Origin: Epithemia pelagica
Taxonomy: Eukaryota; Protista; Bacillariophyta
Direction of reading: 5' to 3'
NCBI GenBank assembly: GCA_946965045.2
Contig: OX337232.1
Coordinates: 1,984,001-2,048,000 of the forward strand
DNA: 64,000 nt
Position 1 is the stretch's first letter. Every line of letters begins with the position of its first letter. The position numbers and the translations under genes were made by a program. Under the pieces are notes generated by a model, which did not search any database, had not been told where the DNA came from, and saw nothing but the letters and a program-made list of their open reading frames with translations. This document shows, piece by piece, positions 22,890-32,590 of the stretch.

Positions 22890-23297
22890 CCAACAACGCA
22901 TGTGGAAAAAAATCTGGATCCCTTTCTGCAAATCGCTCTCCCTCGATCCGCTACTCCGTCACACACAGGACAAAGTTCCAGTGCTATAAGTTTTTGCCCT
23001 CCGCGTCCGCGACGGCGGATGCAGCCGAAGCCACCAGCCCGTTCGGGCTGAAACAGTGGCTGACGAACTCCACTCCATCGCAAAGACGTTTTGCCACATG
23101 GGGGCCGTGGACCCCCGTCTCAACTGCTTCGGCACCATCAATATTCACCTAACACGACAAATCAAAAGTTGGAAAAACCGTCCAACCAATGCCCGTACAG
23201 CTCATGCGCACGGCTCAACGCATCACGGCCTGCACACTATGTGAGCAAACCCATGCCGCTATGGACTTGGCATGGATTGGCTATTTCTACCTCCTGC
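22890..23297 (+). pseudogene. tyrosine recombinase, 5' part (broken just before the catalytic Arg motif)
   Basis: ...AKTFCHMGAVDPRL...LTRQIKSWK, then DLAWIGYFYLL, where the frame abruptly leaves YR-like sequence. Confidence 0.75.
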
Positions 23298-23449
23298 AAC
23301 TTGCGGTAATTGACTCAAAACGTAGTCATCCTTCTACTACTCAGAGTATCGTCACGATATAACATTCTTCATTATCACACAGTAATACCTCTGATATGAT
23401 CATACTAGGTACAGATTATTTCAATATGAGGAAAACATCGAGAGTCACG

Positions 23450-23540
23450 GATGTCGGAGGATTTGGTAGATGTCGGATGATGTCGGATGATGTTGGATGA
23501 TGTCGGATGATGTCGGAGGATGTCGGAGGATGTCGGATGT
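23450..23540. repeat. tandem ~10-bp GATGTCGGA(T/G) array
   Basis: GATGTCGGAT-type units are directly visible, about 8 copies. Confidence 0.9.
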
Positions 23541-23687
23541 TTTTATCGCCAAAAGAATATGTACTCTCCAGCAGTTGCATTTCTTCAAGATAAATCACAA
23601 GGTTTGTAGTCGCTGATTGACGGTAGGCCCATCAACTGAATGAGTACCGCTGGATTTTGAGGCAAACCATGTTTGCGCGCGAGCCCG

Positions 23688-23761
23688 AAACGACATCAAA
23701 CGACATCAAACAACATCAAACGACATACCTTTCGACATCGAACGACATACCTTTCGACATT
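23688..23761. repeat. tandem AAACGACATC-type array (inverse orientation of the GATGTCG core)
   Basis: AAACGACATCAAACGACATCAAACAACATCAAACGACAT... is directly visible. Confidence 0.88.
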
Positions 23762-24124
23762 CCCGTTTGTTCCATACTGGAGAATGGTAAATCATATTCT
23801 ATGGTATCATAATACGTACTTTGTATTAATATCGATCCTTTTTTTGGTTTCGTCCGTTGGGTATTCGGAGAGAATATGCGACTCACGTGTAGTTACCGGA
23901 AGTTGCTGCGTGCTGGCGAATTCTGCCACACAAACGAAAACCACCCTCTGCTACCCCCAAGCGCCGGGCGAGTATTGAGTCGCACTTAAAAAGGGCTTTC
24001 GTATACTCACCCCCATGGCGCGTCCTGGAGCTCTCGATGTTGATACAAAATCCCAAAACACACATATTATCTCCACACATTCATTACGGTGGCAGAGGTA
24101 CGGTGTCTGTGAAAGACCTTATCC

Positions 24125-27100
24125 ATGTCTACATCTTCCCACCGAAAGCACCGCCTCTCTCAGAAGCAAGCCAGGAAGGCTTTTGCAGCGCAAGATGTAT
24201 CGGGAGCATCACAAGCGTCGACACAAGAGGGTAGAACAAGGAGTATCGCCGAAAGTCGAAACGCTTCACAAGAACAGATTCAAGTGCAGCATCCTCCAGC
24301 CACTTCTCCTTCCAACCCGTTCCCTTTTCCTTCATCTGTCCATGTTACCACCTCGTCCCTTCCTCTCTACGAAACTCCTCTCGCGACAAATGGTAATGCA
24401 GCAAGACAGGTCGAAGCAAACGAAGAAAAGTCCGAACCCTCAAGCTTCCTTGACAGTGCCGCTGCAAGTTCGCTCTCGACGATCCCATCGGAGCGCACCC
24501 AACCAGCGCCTCATCGCCTTCCTTTTACCTCTTTTCCTATATCGTCCCAAGGTACTCCCAGTGCTGGGTCTTCCCCTGACGTTCGTCGGACTGTTACTGT
24601 TCTACCAAACAACAGAGATGCCTCTTCACAGTCCTTCGATCTGGTACACCGTCGTCATTCCTTTGGACACGTCGAGTTTGGCACTCAATCTTCACCACCG
24701 AAGCCTCTGAATATGTCGCGAGTGGTTGAGACACCAAACCAGCAGCAAGAAACCAACAACATCAATCCTACCACGAGCAACAACAACAACAGTGATCCTA
24801 CAGCAACGAACAACTACAACGACAACGACGATCATACCACAACAAACAACAACCATGAGATTGCATCTGAGTACACCGTTCCTACGGCCGTTGCTCCTCC
24901 TGCCGAATCTCTGCTCAACAATAACCAACCGCCTACCGGAACCTCTGTACCTTTGTTGCAAGGACGTGTCCGCCGTCCACAACCACAACAAGCCAAATAC
25001 CCAAATCTGAAAGTCCCAGTTAAACAGATTGTCGAAGGGACGTACTTGCTTCCTCTGCGTCGACAACCGCCGCTCCATTGTCAAAATCCCGGGCAATCCA
25101 GCAAGCTCCATCCGCCTTTGGTTATAGTTGCTCCAGAAGCCGAAAACCCTCAGGCTCTTTCCCTATCCTCCAACCATTGTTCCCAATTGATGCGAAAAGC
25201 CAAAAACTTCACCGCCGGCGTATCTCGGTCAACCACTGGAACCAAGAAACAGCGTCGCTATAACCGTTTATCCTCCACCAAACGGAAACGAAGCGATTCA
25301 GTCGCACCGTCCGAAACCAATTCGCCAGATTCCAACCAACAAAACAATCAAATACATGTTGTGACGTCTTTTGCATTGCGGACTCTATTACTTGAGGATA
25401 TCTGGTTCCTAGAAGAGGAAACCGCGATCGTTCTGTTCTTTGACGAAGCGCTCCTCCCACCACGTTACGGGAAACGCTTGTTGACTCTTTGGCGAGAAAC
25501 GGAACAGTCTCAATTCCTTCCGACTGTTTCTTGTCAAGGCCGCTCTTACAAACAATTGTCTGGGTGGGTCCAGAGTAATCAAGCAACTAAGAAGAAAATC
25601 ACAGAGGAGGGTGTGAAAACCTACGACCAAGTTATGGAAGCCTTGTCCGAGTTCAATCACAATGGACTCTACCTACGCTTTCCTATTTTCTCAGCAATAG
25701 ACTGCAATATTTCCTTTCCGCCCCAAGCGTGTATCCAACAGCTTATCTCATGGTTTGAGTTGTACACCTATCCCCAAGGTGTATTTTTACAGGCAGACTA
25801 TCATCCAGAGCGGACTTGGTTGCCCTTGTTCAAGCAGTTGAAAGCACAAGGCGATGATCGCGTTACACTGTTTCATCGCCTCATCCAGGAAAGCCCAGGG
25901 GACAGGTACATGATGGCTGAATTGAAGAGTGTGTGGGAACGCTGCCAAGCCCAACAGGATGCGTCAGAGACAAAAGCCCAATTCGAAAACAAGATAGCTG
26001 CTGTTCAGAAACAAGCCTTGTCGCAAGCATTGGTGCCTCCTCCTATCATTGATGCTGCTGTTGTTGCCAAGTTCTGCGAAAAATTAGATGAGAGATTGAA
26101 TGAAAGACTCGACGAATGCTTTGGCCGATTCACCAATATTTTCGATAAATTTCTTTCGGAGTACGAGTTGCGCGCATTGACGACACAATTTGAACACCAG
26201 CTTCCACAACAATTCAACGCCATAATGGGGATGAGTGGATACCTGAAGAAGATAGACGATGCCCCAGCAACAGATAAACGCTTTCTTCGCAAACGCTACT
26301 CCCTTGATGCTTTCTTCCAATTTATCGTCCGGGCTAGAAAGCACAACAATCATCTACTGGTCCCCTTCGGCATGCTCTTTGCCTTGGCCCAATATGCTTG
26401 TGGGCATGGAATGCTGGCCCTTCAGATTCCAATCTGGTTTGGAATTTCCGTATCAAAGCGAACGATGGAGCGCCGTGTTGCAGAATGCCTCAAGACCTAT
26501 GACCAGAAGGTCCAAAGGTCATTGAGAAACGTAACAAATCTTCTTGCCGTATTTGATAACCTACAAGACGGCCGTCGCCTACAGTTCCAAAGTGGACAGA
26601 GTGCAATCTACACGAGAGTGACAGCCAGGTTTGTCATGGCTATGTATCTTGAGAAGCTACCTTCATGGGTCTATTCCTGTCTTTCTCGACCTGCACTAAC
26701 TTACATCCAACAGGATATTCCAGCTCCGTATCAAATGCCGGCTTTCGAGTGTGATCGGAGCGATCGGCATGCATCTCTGGTGGATACTATTGCTTCCTTA
26801 TTTCGTGGCACCTACAAGTCCGATCTTGAACGTGATGGAAACCCCTTCGATTTTTCTGGAACGCGTGTCCGTTGCTACGTGCAAATGGTATCATGGTGTG
26901 CGGAATTGCGTGCGATTAAACGTTACCTTTCCATCCGACGGCGTAAAGGACAAGAACTATACTACACACTACAGCCAATTCAATTTGCAGCATGTCCTAA
27001 GCGGGAAATGGTCAATTATTCTATGAACCGGCTCAGAAAGAAGCGTGATACGAACGTTTTCACCATGGCTCGGCAATTCGCCTCTAGAGTTGTTCGGACA

Positions 27101-29260
27101 TGGCGGCACCTTCCCCCAGTTGCTGAACTTTTGATGCTACCAGTATCTGTGCTAGACGAAACCACAAAGGTCGGGGCGTCCGGTGTTGTCCTTGATTTTA
27201 TGACCCTCCATGGTCTGTTCGAATGGGATGATCACAACAAGATCTATCAACCTGCTGCTTCGTGGAACGACAAATGGCTCTTTATTGTTGGTGACGGTTT
27301 GTCGATTGACCGAATCTTTCCATTTTCCGATGATGTTATGGCGATTACTGATTCCAAAACAGTGTCCTTCAGGCAGGCATATCGCCAAGCCATGGCAATA
27401 AGCCAAGTGATCCACCGTGTTGTGCCTATTACGGGAGACCTCCATGTTCGATTTCACATGTTGGAATCTATATACAGACTATTCTATGGGGGGTTCTTGC
27501 AGTGCTTCCAACACAGATTGAAATGGAAGCATCTCGACCCAATCGACGTGTCGAATAGTTACAGACTCTGTCACCGTCTTGTTGCACTGGTTTACGAAGA
27601 GACTGAGCGACTTATGTTCGACGTATTCGTTTGTAATGCAGTCAAGAAGGTAAAGATTGAAGACTTGCTGAAGGGCAGCAATGGCAGAGAGGATCTGGCC
27701 CTGTATCTTGCAAAGACTTATCTCGCTTTCTTGAACCGGGAAGTTTGCGAGAGTCCCCATTGGTTACGACGTTACCTCTGTAACTTCCTATTGATAACGA
27801 AGAAGTACATGAGATTTCTCGAAGCAGAACAGCACGGAGATGAAATATCAATGGAGGCCATGGTCGTGGAGTATTTGCCCTACTTTTACGCAACAAACAA
27901 ACGGAATTCCTTTAATACGCAGCTCCGGCTCATGGAGTTATACTATCACGGCATTCCTATTTCGGTTCTACAACAACTCAGACTGAACAGAACTAAACGA
28001 CAGAAACCCGCCAGCGTCGCATCCGCCTTCCAGAAGGAAAGTGCCCTTGACCAGATTATGGAGAGGCTCATGCCCTTTTTCAAGGGCATGAACCATCTCA
28101 GAACCGAAGCCTCGTTTATTAAGGTGTCTCAAATGCTTACTGCCTGTCAGCGGGCTAAGCATTTTGTCGAGTTTTATACTCGTGGTCGAGCTGACGGGAT
28201 GTCGGAACTTGCAGAACGGGTGAAGGAAGAAGGAGACCCTGCCGAGATAGAGAAGTACAATGAAGAGGCGCTGGCAGATCCTGGCCAGCGGAACAAGCGG
28301 ACAACGTATCCCAAGAGTGAGCTGAACAGGGTTTTGGTCACCGAATTACTGGTTCTTGCAAAATGTTACGAGGTTCCTCGTGACAGTTCCAGTGTGATAG
28401 ATCGAGACCATTTTTGGAGAGCATTGGATTTGACTACGCTCAAGGTTCAGAAAAAGCTTCGACGGTGTGGTGGCGACGGTAAGGTTGAGGCAGACACCAC
28501 ACACCAGTATGTGTTATGCCAGGCTCAGGCCATGATGGGGCCCCTTTCGAAAGCGAAGAATGCTAGGGTGGGGGAAGAAACGGGCGACAATCGTGAGGGG
28601 GACCAAATGGATGTGGATGAGACTGAGGACGACGAAGAGATTGATCTGGAAAAGGCCATGAAAGACCAAGATGAAGAACTGGAAAACGCCATGAAAGACC
28701 AAGATGGAGAAGAGTCCGTGGGAGACCGGTCCTACTTTAGCATTGGCGAAACAGTTGCCGTTGTGGAAGTGATGGAGGATACATCGGGCTACGGCACTCA
28801 ACCAAGTGTGGAGGTCTTTTCAGACAAAGAGGACGACAACGATGAAGAATGGGGTAATAGCCAAGAAGATACTGTCTTCGAAGAAGACGAAGAACAGATT
28901 CCGGAAACCCAACTCGAAGATGCCATTGAGGAGGAGGCGGCGGAAACTACGGATGAGACAGAGGATGTTGATGATAACCGATGTGATGAAGTTGATGAGG
29001 ATGGAGAGGATGCTAGTGCGTCTCAAGAAGAGGAGGACAATGAAGAAGGAGCTGACAGTGTGGAAAAGGACCGAGACGACGGACTGAGGGAGAAGTCAGC
29101 AGTGAAAGGCATGAAGGTAGTCCCCATGAATGTGGTCGCCTCCAAAGATGTCGTTGCCGTAGCACTAGAGGAAATTGCCGAAAAGAATGTCATAACGGTG
29201 CGAGGAAAAGATGTTGAACGAAAAGAGAGAGAGGAGCACTTTCTGAGATACAAGCTCTAG
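24125..29260 (+). CDS. Academ-type (DUF6589-like) transposase, 1711 aa
   Basis: Motifs LAVFDNLQ, FIVGDGLSIDR, PITGDLHVRFHMLESIYRLFYG and SALDQIMERL. Low-complexity N-terminus and acidic C-terminus. Intact ORF within the TIRs. Confidence 0.75.
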   Translation: MSTSSHRKHRLSQKQARKAFAAQDVSGASQASTQEGRTRSIAESRNASQEQIQVQHPPATSPSNPFPFPSSVHVTTSSLPLYETPLATNGNAARQVEANEEKSEPSSFLDSAAASSLSTIPSERTQPAPHRLPFTSFPISSQGTPSAGSSPDVRRTVTVLPNNRDASSQSFDLVHRRHSFGHVEFGTQSSPPKPLNMSRVVETPNQQQETNNINPTTSNNNNSDPTATNNYNDNDDHTTTNNNHEIASEYTVPTAVAPPAESLLNNNQPPTGTSVPLLQGRVRRPQPQQAKYPNLKVPVKQIVEGTYLLPLRRQPPLHCQNPGQSSKLHPPLVIVAPEAENPQALSLSSNHCSQLMRKAKNFTAGVSRSTTGTKKQRRYNRLSSTKRKRSDSVAPSETNSPDSNQQNNQIHVVTSFALRTLLLEDIWFLEEETAIVLFFDEALLPPRYGKRLLTLWRETEQSQFLPTVSCQGRSYKQLSGWVQSNQATKKKITEEGVKTYDQVMEALSEFNHNGLYLRFPIFSAIDCNISFPPQACIQQLISWFELYTYPQGVFLQADYHPERTWLPLFKQLKAQGDDRVTLFHRLIQESPGDRYMMAELKSVWERCQAQQDASETKAQFENKIAAVQKQALSQALVPPPIIDAAVVAKFCEKLDERLNERLDECFGRFTNIFDKFLSEYELRALTTQFEHQLPQQFNAIMGMSGYLKKIDDAPATDKRFLRKRYSLDAFFQFIVRARKHNNHLLVPFGMLFALAQYACGHGMLALQIPIWFGISVSKRTMERRVAECLKTYDQKVQRSLRNVTNLLAVFDNLQDGRRLQFQSGQSAIYTRVTARFVMAMYLEKLPSWVYSCLSRPALTYIQQDIPAPYQMPAFECDRSDRHASLVDTIASLFRGTYKSDLERDGNPFDFSGTRVRCYVQMVSWCAELRAIKRYLSIRRRKGQELYYTLQPIQFAACPKREMVNYSMNRLRKKRDTNVFTMARQFASRVVRTWRHLPPVAELLMLPVSVLDETTKVGASGVVLDFMTLHGLFEWDDHNKIYQPAASWNDKWLFIVGDGLSIDRIFPFSDDVMAITDSKTVSFRQAYRQAMAISQVIHRVVPITGDLHVRFHMLESIYRLFYGGFLQCFQHRLKWKHLDPIDVSNSYRLCHRLVALVYEETERLMFDVFVCNAVKKVKIEDLLKGSNGREDLALYLAKTYLAFLNREVCESPHWLRRYLCNFLLITKKYMRFLEAEQHGDEISMEAMVVEYLPYFYATNKRNSFNTQLRLMELYYHGIPISVLQQLRLNRTKRQKPASVASAFQKESALDQIMERLMPFFKGMNHLRTEASFIKVSQMLTACQRAKHFVEFYTRGRADGMSELAERVKEEGDPAEIEKYNEEALADPGQRNKRTTYPKSELNRVLVTELLVLAKCYEVPRDSSSVIDRDHFWRALDLTTLKVQKKLRRCGGDGKVEADTTHQYVLCQAQAMMGPLSKAKNARVGEETGDNREGDQMDVDETEDDEEIDLEKAMKDQDEELENAMKDQDGEESVGDRSYFSIGETVAVVEVMEDTSGYGTQPSVEVFSDKEDDNDEEWGNSQEDTVFEEDEEQIPETQLEDAIEEEAAETTDETEDVDDNRCDEVDEDGEDASASQEEEDNEEGADSVEKDRDDGLREKSAVKGMKVVPMNVVASKDVVAVALEEIAEKNVITVRGKDVERKEREEHFLRYKL

Positions 29261-29261
29261 G

Positions 29262-29860
29262 TTCCGAAGAGTATCGTTCAGTTTCGGAGAACAGATTACG
29301 TCGAGGTTGAACACTTGCAGGCGATGATTGAGGCTTTGAGACGAAGCAAGGTCGGTCAGCTTCGTAGTCTGGTCCGCCGCCAAACTCAACAAAGGGACAA
29401 TGGTTATGGAAATCCCTCCACAAAGAAAACCGGATACATCTCTCACGGCCGACTTGCCACCGCCGGTGGAGCGGACAAGAAGGACAGGACGTAGGATGGG
29501 AAAGGACGTAGGTTGCATGGTGTGGCGCTTCATCACTTCTCCGCAAGCGTTCACTTGCCATGGTCTTGCAGTTTTGCCATGCCAGTCAGTAAAGGACAGC
29601 AAGATGGCCTGCTCAAGTAGGGGTAATGCATAAGGGGTATTGGGAGGGGAAGGGAAATCGGGTCGGACGGGTCGAATAGAAGTGTCTTGGGAGTTTGTTG
29701 CATGGTCATCACTGGCCTCGTTGCTGTGGTGACGGAGGGCAGATAGAACGTTGGCTGTGGACACCAAGTGGTTCGGTGTAGGCACCAGCGACGCCGTAGA
29801 TAACTCTTCAATTGTGTTGGTTTCCTGTGTAAAGCGTTGAAATGGGTTGGAAGGGTCCAT
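29262..29860 (-). pseudogene. RecQ-like SF2 helicase N-terminal fragment
   Basis: Q-motif ARPWQ, Walker A STGGGKS and motif Ia IVPLLSLAADQ are present. There is no DExH motif; the frame runs into the antisense of the transposase 3' end. Confidence 0.8.
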
Positions 29861-30139
29861 GGTGGATGCACTTGGTATCACAAGTTTGGGTCCGCGGTGA
29901 AAGCGTTGAGGTGCAAATGATTTTGTATCAACATCGAGAAATCGCCAAATTTGGAGGACGCGCCATGGGGGTGAGAACACGAATGCATATTTTCTCCGAC
30001 TCAGGCGGGATTCAAACTCACCCGGCGCTTGGGGGTACACCCTCTGCTAGCTCGTGATGTCACCATCTGCGTCGGCATACGAAAACTCGACAACTTCGCA
30101 TGCCCAGAATCCGAGCTTCTCAAACACGGTTTGGAAGTT

Positions 30140-30530
30140 GTAAATATTAAAATCTGAATTGAATTACCGAAAATAATTCACAAGCGAAATCTCCTCAAAT
30201 TAACTTAATTCAACCAACTCATTTCTATATATATCTGAATGAAATAAGAATATTAATTCGTATTTTGACATAAGACGAATTAAGTTTGAAATACAATTCA
30301 TATACTGTACTTTCACGAATTAAATTATGAAACAAAACTCGTATTTCGACACACACAAATTAACTTCAATTCGAAACTCATATATTACCTAGATATGAAT
30401 TGAATTCCCATATGAATTCGTCGCCCATTCTGTAATGAATTGAATTCACACTCCCCTACCACGAATTCAGAGAAAATTGAATTTGCCAAATTCCGAATTC
30501 AATTCATGAATTACCCGTGTCACAATTCAA
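30140..30530. other. AT-rich island dense in GAATT/AATTC motifs
   Basis: Recurrent TGAATTGAATT, GAATTC and CAATTC words. GC is visibly far lower than in the flanks. Confidence 0.6.
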
Positions 30531-30728
30531 TTCCACCCAACACCCCGATCCTTTCTGATTACATTCACCTACAATCTACGCCATTCTAATCCAATATGCA
30601 ATACAGTGTCAACAATGTCCACTTCTTATTCCACACTCCCCACCAAAACCCAACCCCCTTTGTTTGCTGTAACACCGACACCGAACTGAACACTGAACAC
30701 TTGTCCTCAAAGGGAGCCACAAATCAGC

Positions 30729-32573
30729 ATGTCTCAGATCATCATAGTCAAATGTTCATGTCGAATTGAACACCGACTTGCAACAAATCAATCTCTTGTC
30801 TCTTTTGTCCTGGATCAAGTTGAACATCAAAACCCCCCCAAGACAGAAGATGCAATATCCCAGTGTATCTCCAAGGCTGTACTTTGCTGGCTCTGCCGCT
30901 TCGATGCTACCATTGTTCCTCATGTCCAATTCATCCCAAGCTCCACATCTTTCGGAACAAAGAATCTATCCTTCCTCCGAATGTTTATTGATACCAAGTT
31001 TTCCTCCCTTCTTCACCATGTTGTTCAAGAATTACAAAATCAAATACGTCACGACAACATTCCTTATGCCTCCAACAACTCACCACCAATCAACAATTCA
31101 ACACAGCTTGTTTCGCTTCAAATCACCTGCCAACCCTCCTTCTACATTCAACCCAATGAAACCTATCTCAAGATTGTTGATTTCATCCAGAGTCACTTGG
31201 AGAACTGTGCAAGAAAAAACCAAGACCGTCGAATCTCGTCATTGCTGTTATCCTGGTTATCACGACACGACACCCCTTTCCTGCTTCATAACACATCACA
31301 ACAGACCTATGGCTGCCCACCTGACATGTCTCTCCTCATCAACCTTGTTATAGAAGATGTTCTCCATCGACTCAAAAAGAACATTCCTCCGAACTACAGT
31401 GTCAATACCACGGACAGCCCCATCATTCCCCTGTCGCCTACTCCATCACCAGGTCCTATTCACATATCTAATCGTCCTACCCTCCCACCTACCTCATCAC
31501 CCAGTCCACCTTCCAATGCCAGTGAAACCCCTATATCCAATTGTCCTCCACATCTTTCACCTACAGAAAAGAACCACCATCATCTAGAACCCAAAACCCA
31601 ACAACATGCTCCGTATCCTATCTTTGGATTCCGAAAGAGAAATATCTTTCAAGGGAGTCCTCTTACCCAAGCACGTCTTGACAAGTTCAAGCAGTCTTTA
31701 TTGAAGAGGACTGGCATCAATCAATACAACAATTCAATTCGGCATCTTCCAGGAACAATGCCCAAATTGACAATTGGCTATTGTCGACCAGACCCCCCAC
31801 TAAAATGGAATCATCCAACACCCAAGGAGGAAAGGTTGAGATGCTTGAACGATCTCCTCTCTCTTCACCAGTACATCACAAACACATACAATCTACTGGC
31901 ACCCCGGGACACATGGGAACAATGGATCGATGAATATGCCGATTCACCCGATGCTGACCGTGGTTTTATGTGCCTAGTGGTCATTCTTATGAGCAGCAGT
32001 ACTTCCGACAAGCAATTAGCATTGTTGGTACCAAGGCTGTTCTCAATGGGATTCATCAATGCCCAATCTACAATCGACATTGCCACCACTTATGGCATGG
32101 ATGTTGTCTGTAGCCTCATGTCGGAATCAGGCAAATACTATGTGAATGGAGAACGAATAGTCAATGCTGCCGACTATTTCATCGTCCGCCATAATGGCCG
32201 ACTCCCCTCATCAATTACCATCAAAGAATTAACCACTCTTCCTGGTGTTGGGTACAAGACGGCAACTTTGGTGATTTCGTATTCATTCCGGAGAAACGAT
32301 GGCATTCCAAGCGACATCCACGTCCTCAAATGGGCAAGACATCTCAAATGGATTCCCCCATATTGCCAAGATGGATCGCAATGCTCTAATTTACTCGAGT
32401 GCTGGATCCCCAAACAACAATGGCAAGAAGTAAACCCGCTGTTTGGTGCACTTGGACAATTACTTGGTTCGAAGGGTACAAAACAACAGGTGAGACGATG
32501 TGTTGGAGACTTCATTTTGAAATACCCTTCAGTCACAGATCTTAACAAGATCGTTCTATCAATAAACTACTAA
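30729..32573 (+). CDS. endonuclease III (Nth)-like HhH-GPD DNA glycosylase with long N-terminal extension
   Basis: FMCLVVILMSSSTSDK, HhH motif ELTTLPGVGYKTATLV (catalytic Lys), IPSDIHV (catalytic Asp) and IPKQQWQEVN. No C-terminal 4Fe-4S Cys cluster. Intronless. Confidence 0.82.
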   Translation: MSQIIIVKCSCRIEHRLATNQSLVSFVLDQVEHQNPPKTEDAISQCISKAVLCWLCRFDATIVPHVQFIPSSTSFGTKNLSFLRMFIDTKFSSLLHHVVQELQNQIRHDNIPYASNNSPPINNSTQLVSLQITCQPSFYIQPNETYLKIVDFIQSHLENCARKNQDRRISSLLLSWLSRHDTPFLLHNTSQQTYGCPPDMSLLINLVIEDVLHRLKKNIPPNYSVNTTDSPIIPLSPTPSPGPIHISNRPTLPPTSSPSPPSNASETPISNCPPHLSPTEKNHHHLEPKTQQHAPYPIFGFRKRNIFQGSPLTQARLDKFKQSLLKRTGINQYNNSIRHLPGTMPKLTIGYCRPDPPLKWNHPTPKEERLRCLNDLLSLHQYITNTYNLLAPRDTWEQWIDEYADSPDADRGFMCLVVILMSSSTSDKQLALLVPRLFSMGFINAQSTIDIATTYGMDVVCSLMSESGKYYVNGERIVNAADYFIVRHNGRLPSSITIKELTTLPGVGYKTATLVISYSFRRNDGIPSDIHVLKWARHLKWIPPYCQDGSQCSNLLECWIPKQQWQEVNPLFGALGQLLGSKGTKQQVRRCVGDFILKYPSVTDLNKIVLSINY

Positions 32574-32590
32574 TCACTAAGTACTTGTTC

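Larger units (their letters stand above)
23952..30037 (+). mobile_element. AcademH-like DNA transposon (6086 bp), helicase internally truncated
   Basis: Ends are TACCCCCAAGCGCCGGG / CCCGGCGCTTGGGGGTA, with three ~21-bp conserved blocks in ~110-bp imperfect TIRs. Exact 10-bp TSD CACCCTCTGC at 23942-23951 and 30038-30047. Confidence 0.85.

Noticed and set aside
9921-23761. CRISPR-like array (141-bp and 10-bp repeats)
   Set aside because: The repeats are tandem without unique spacers, there are no cas genes, and the context is eukaryotic.
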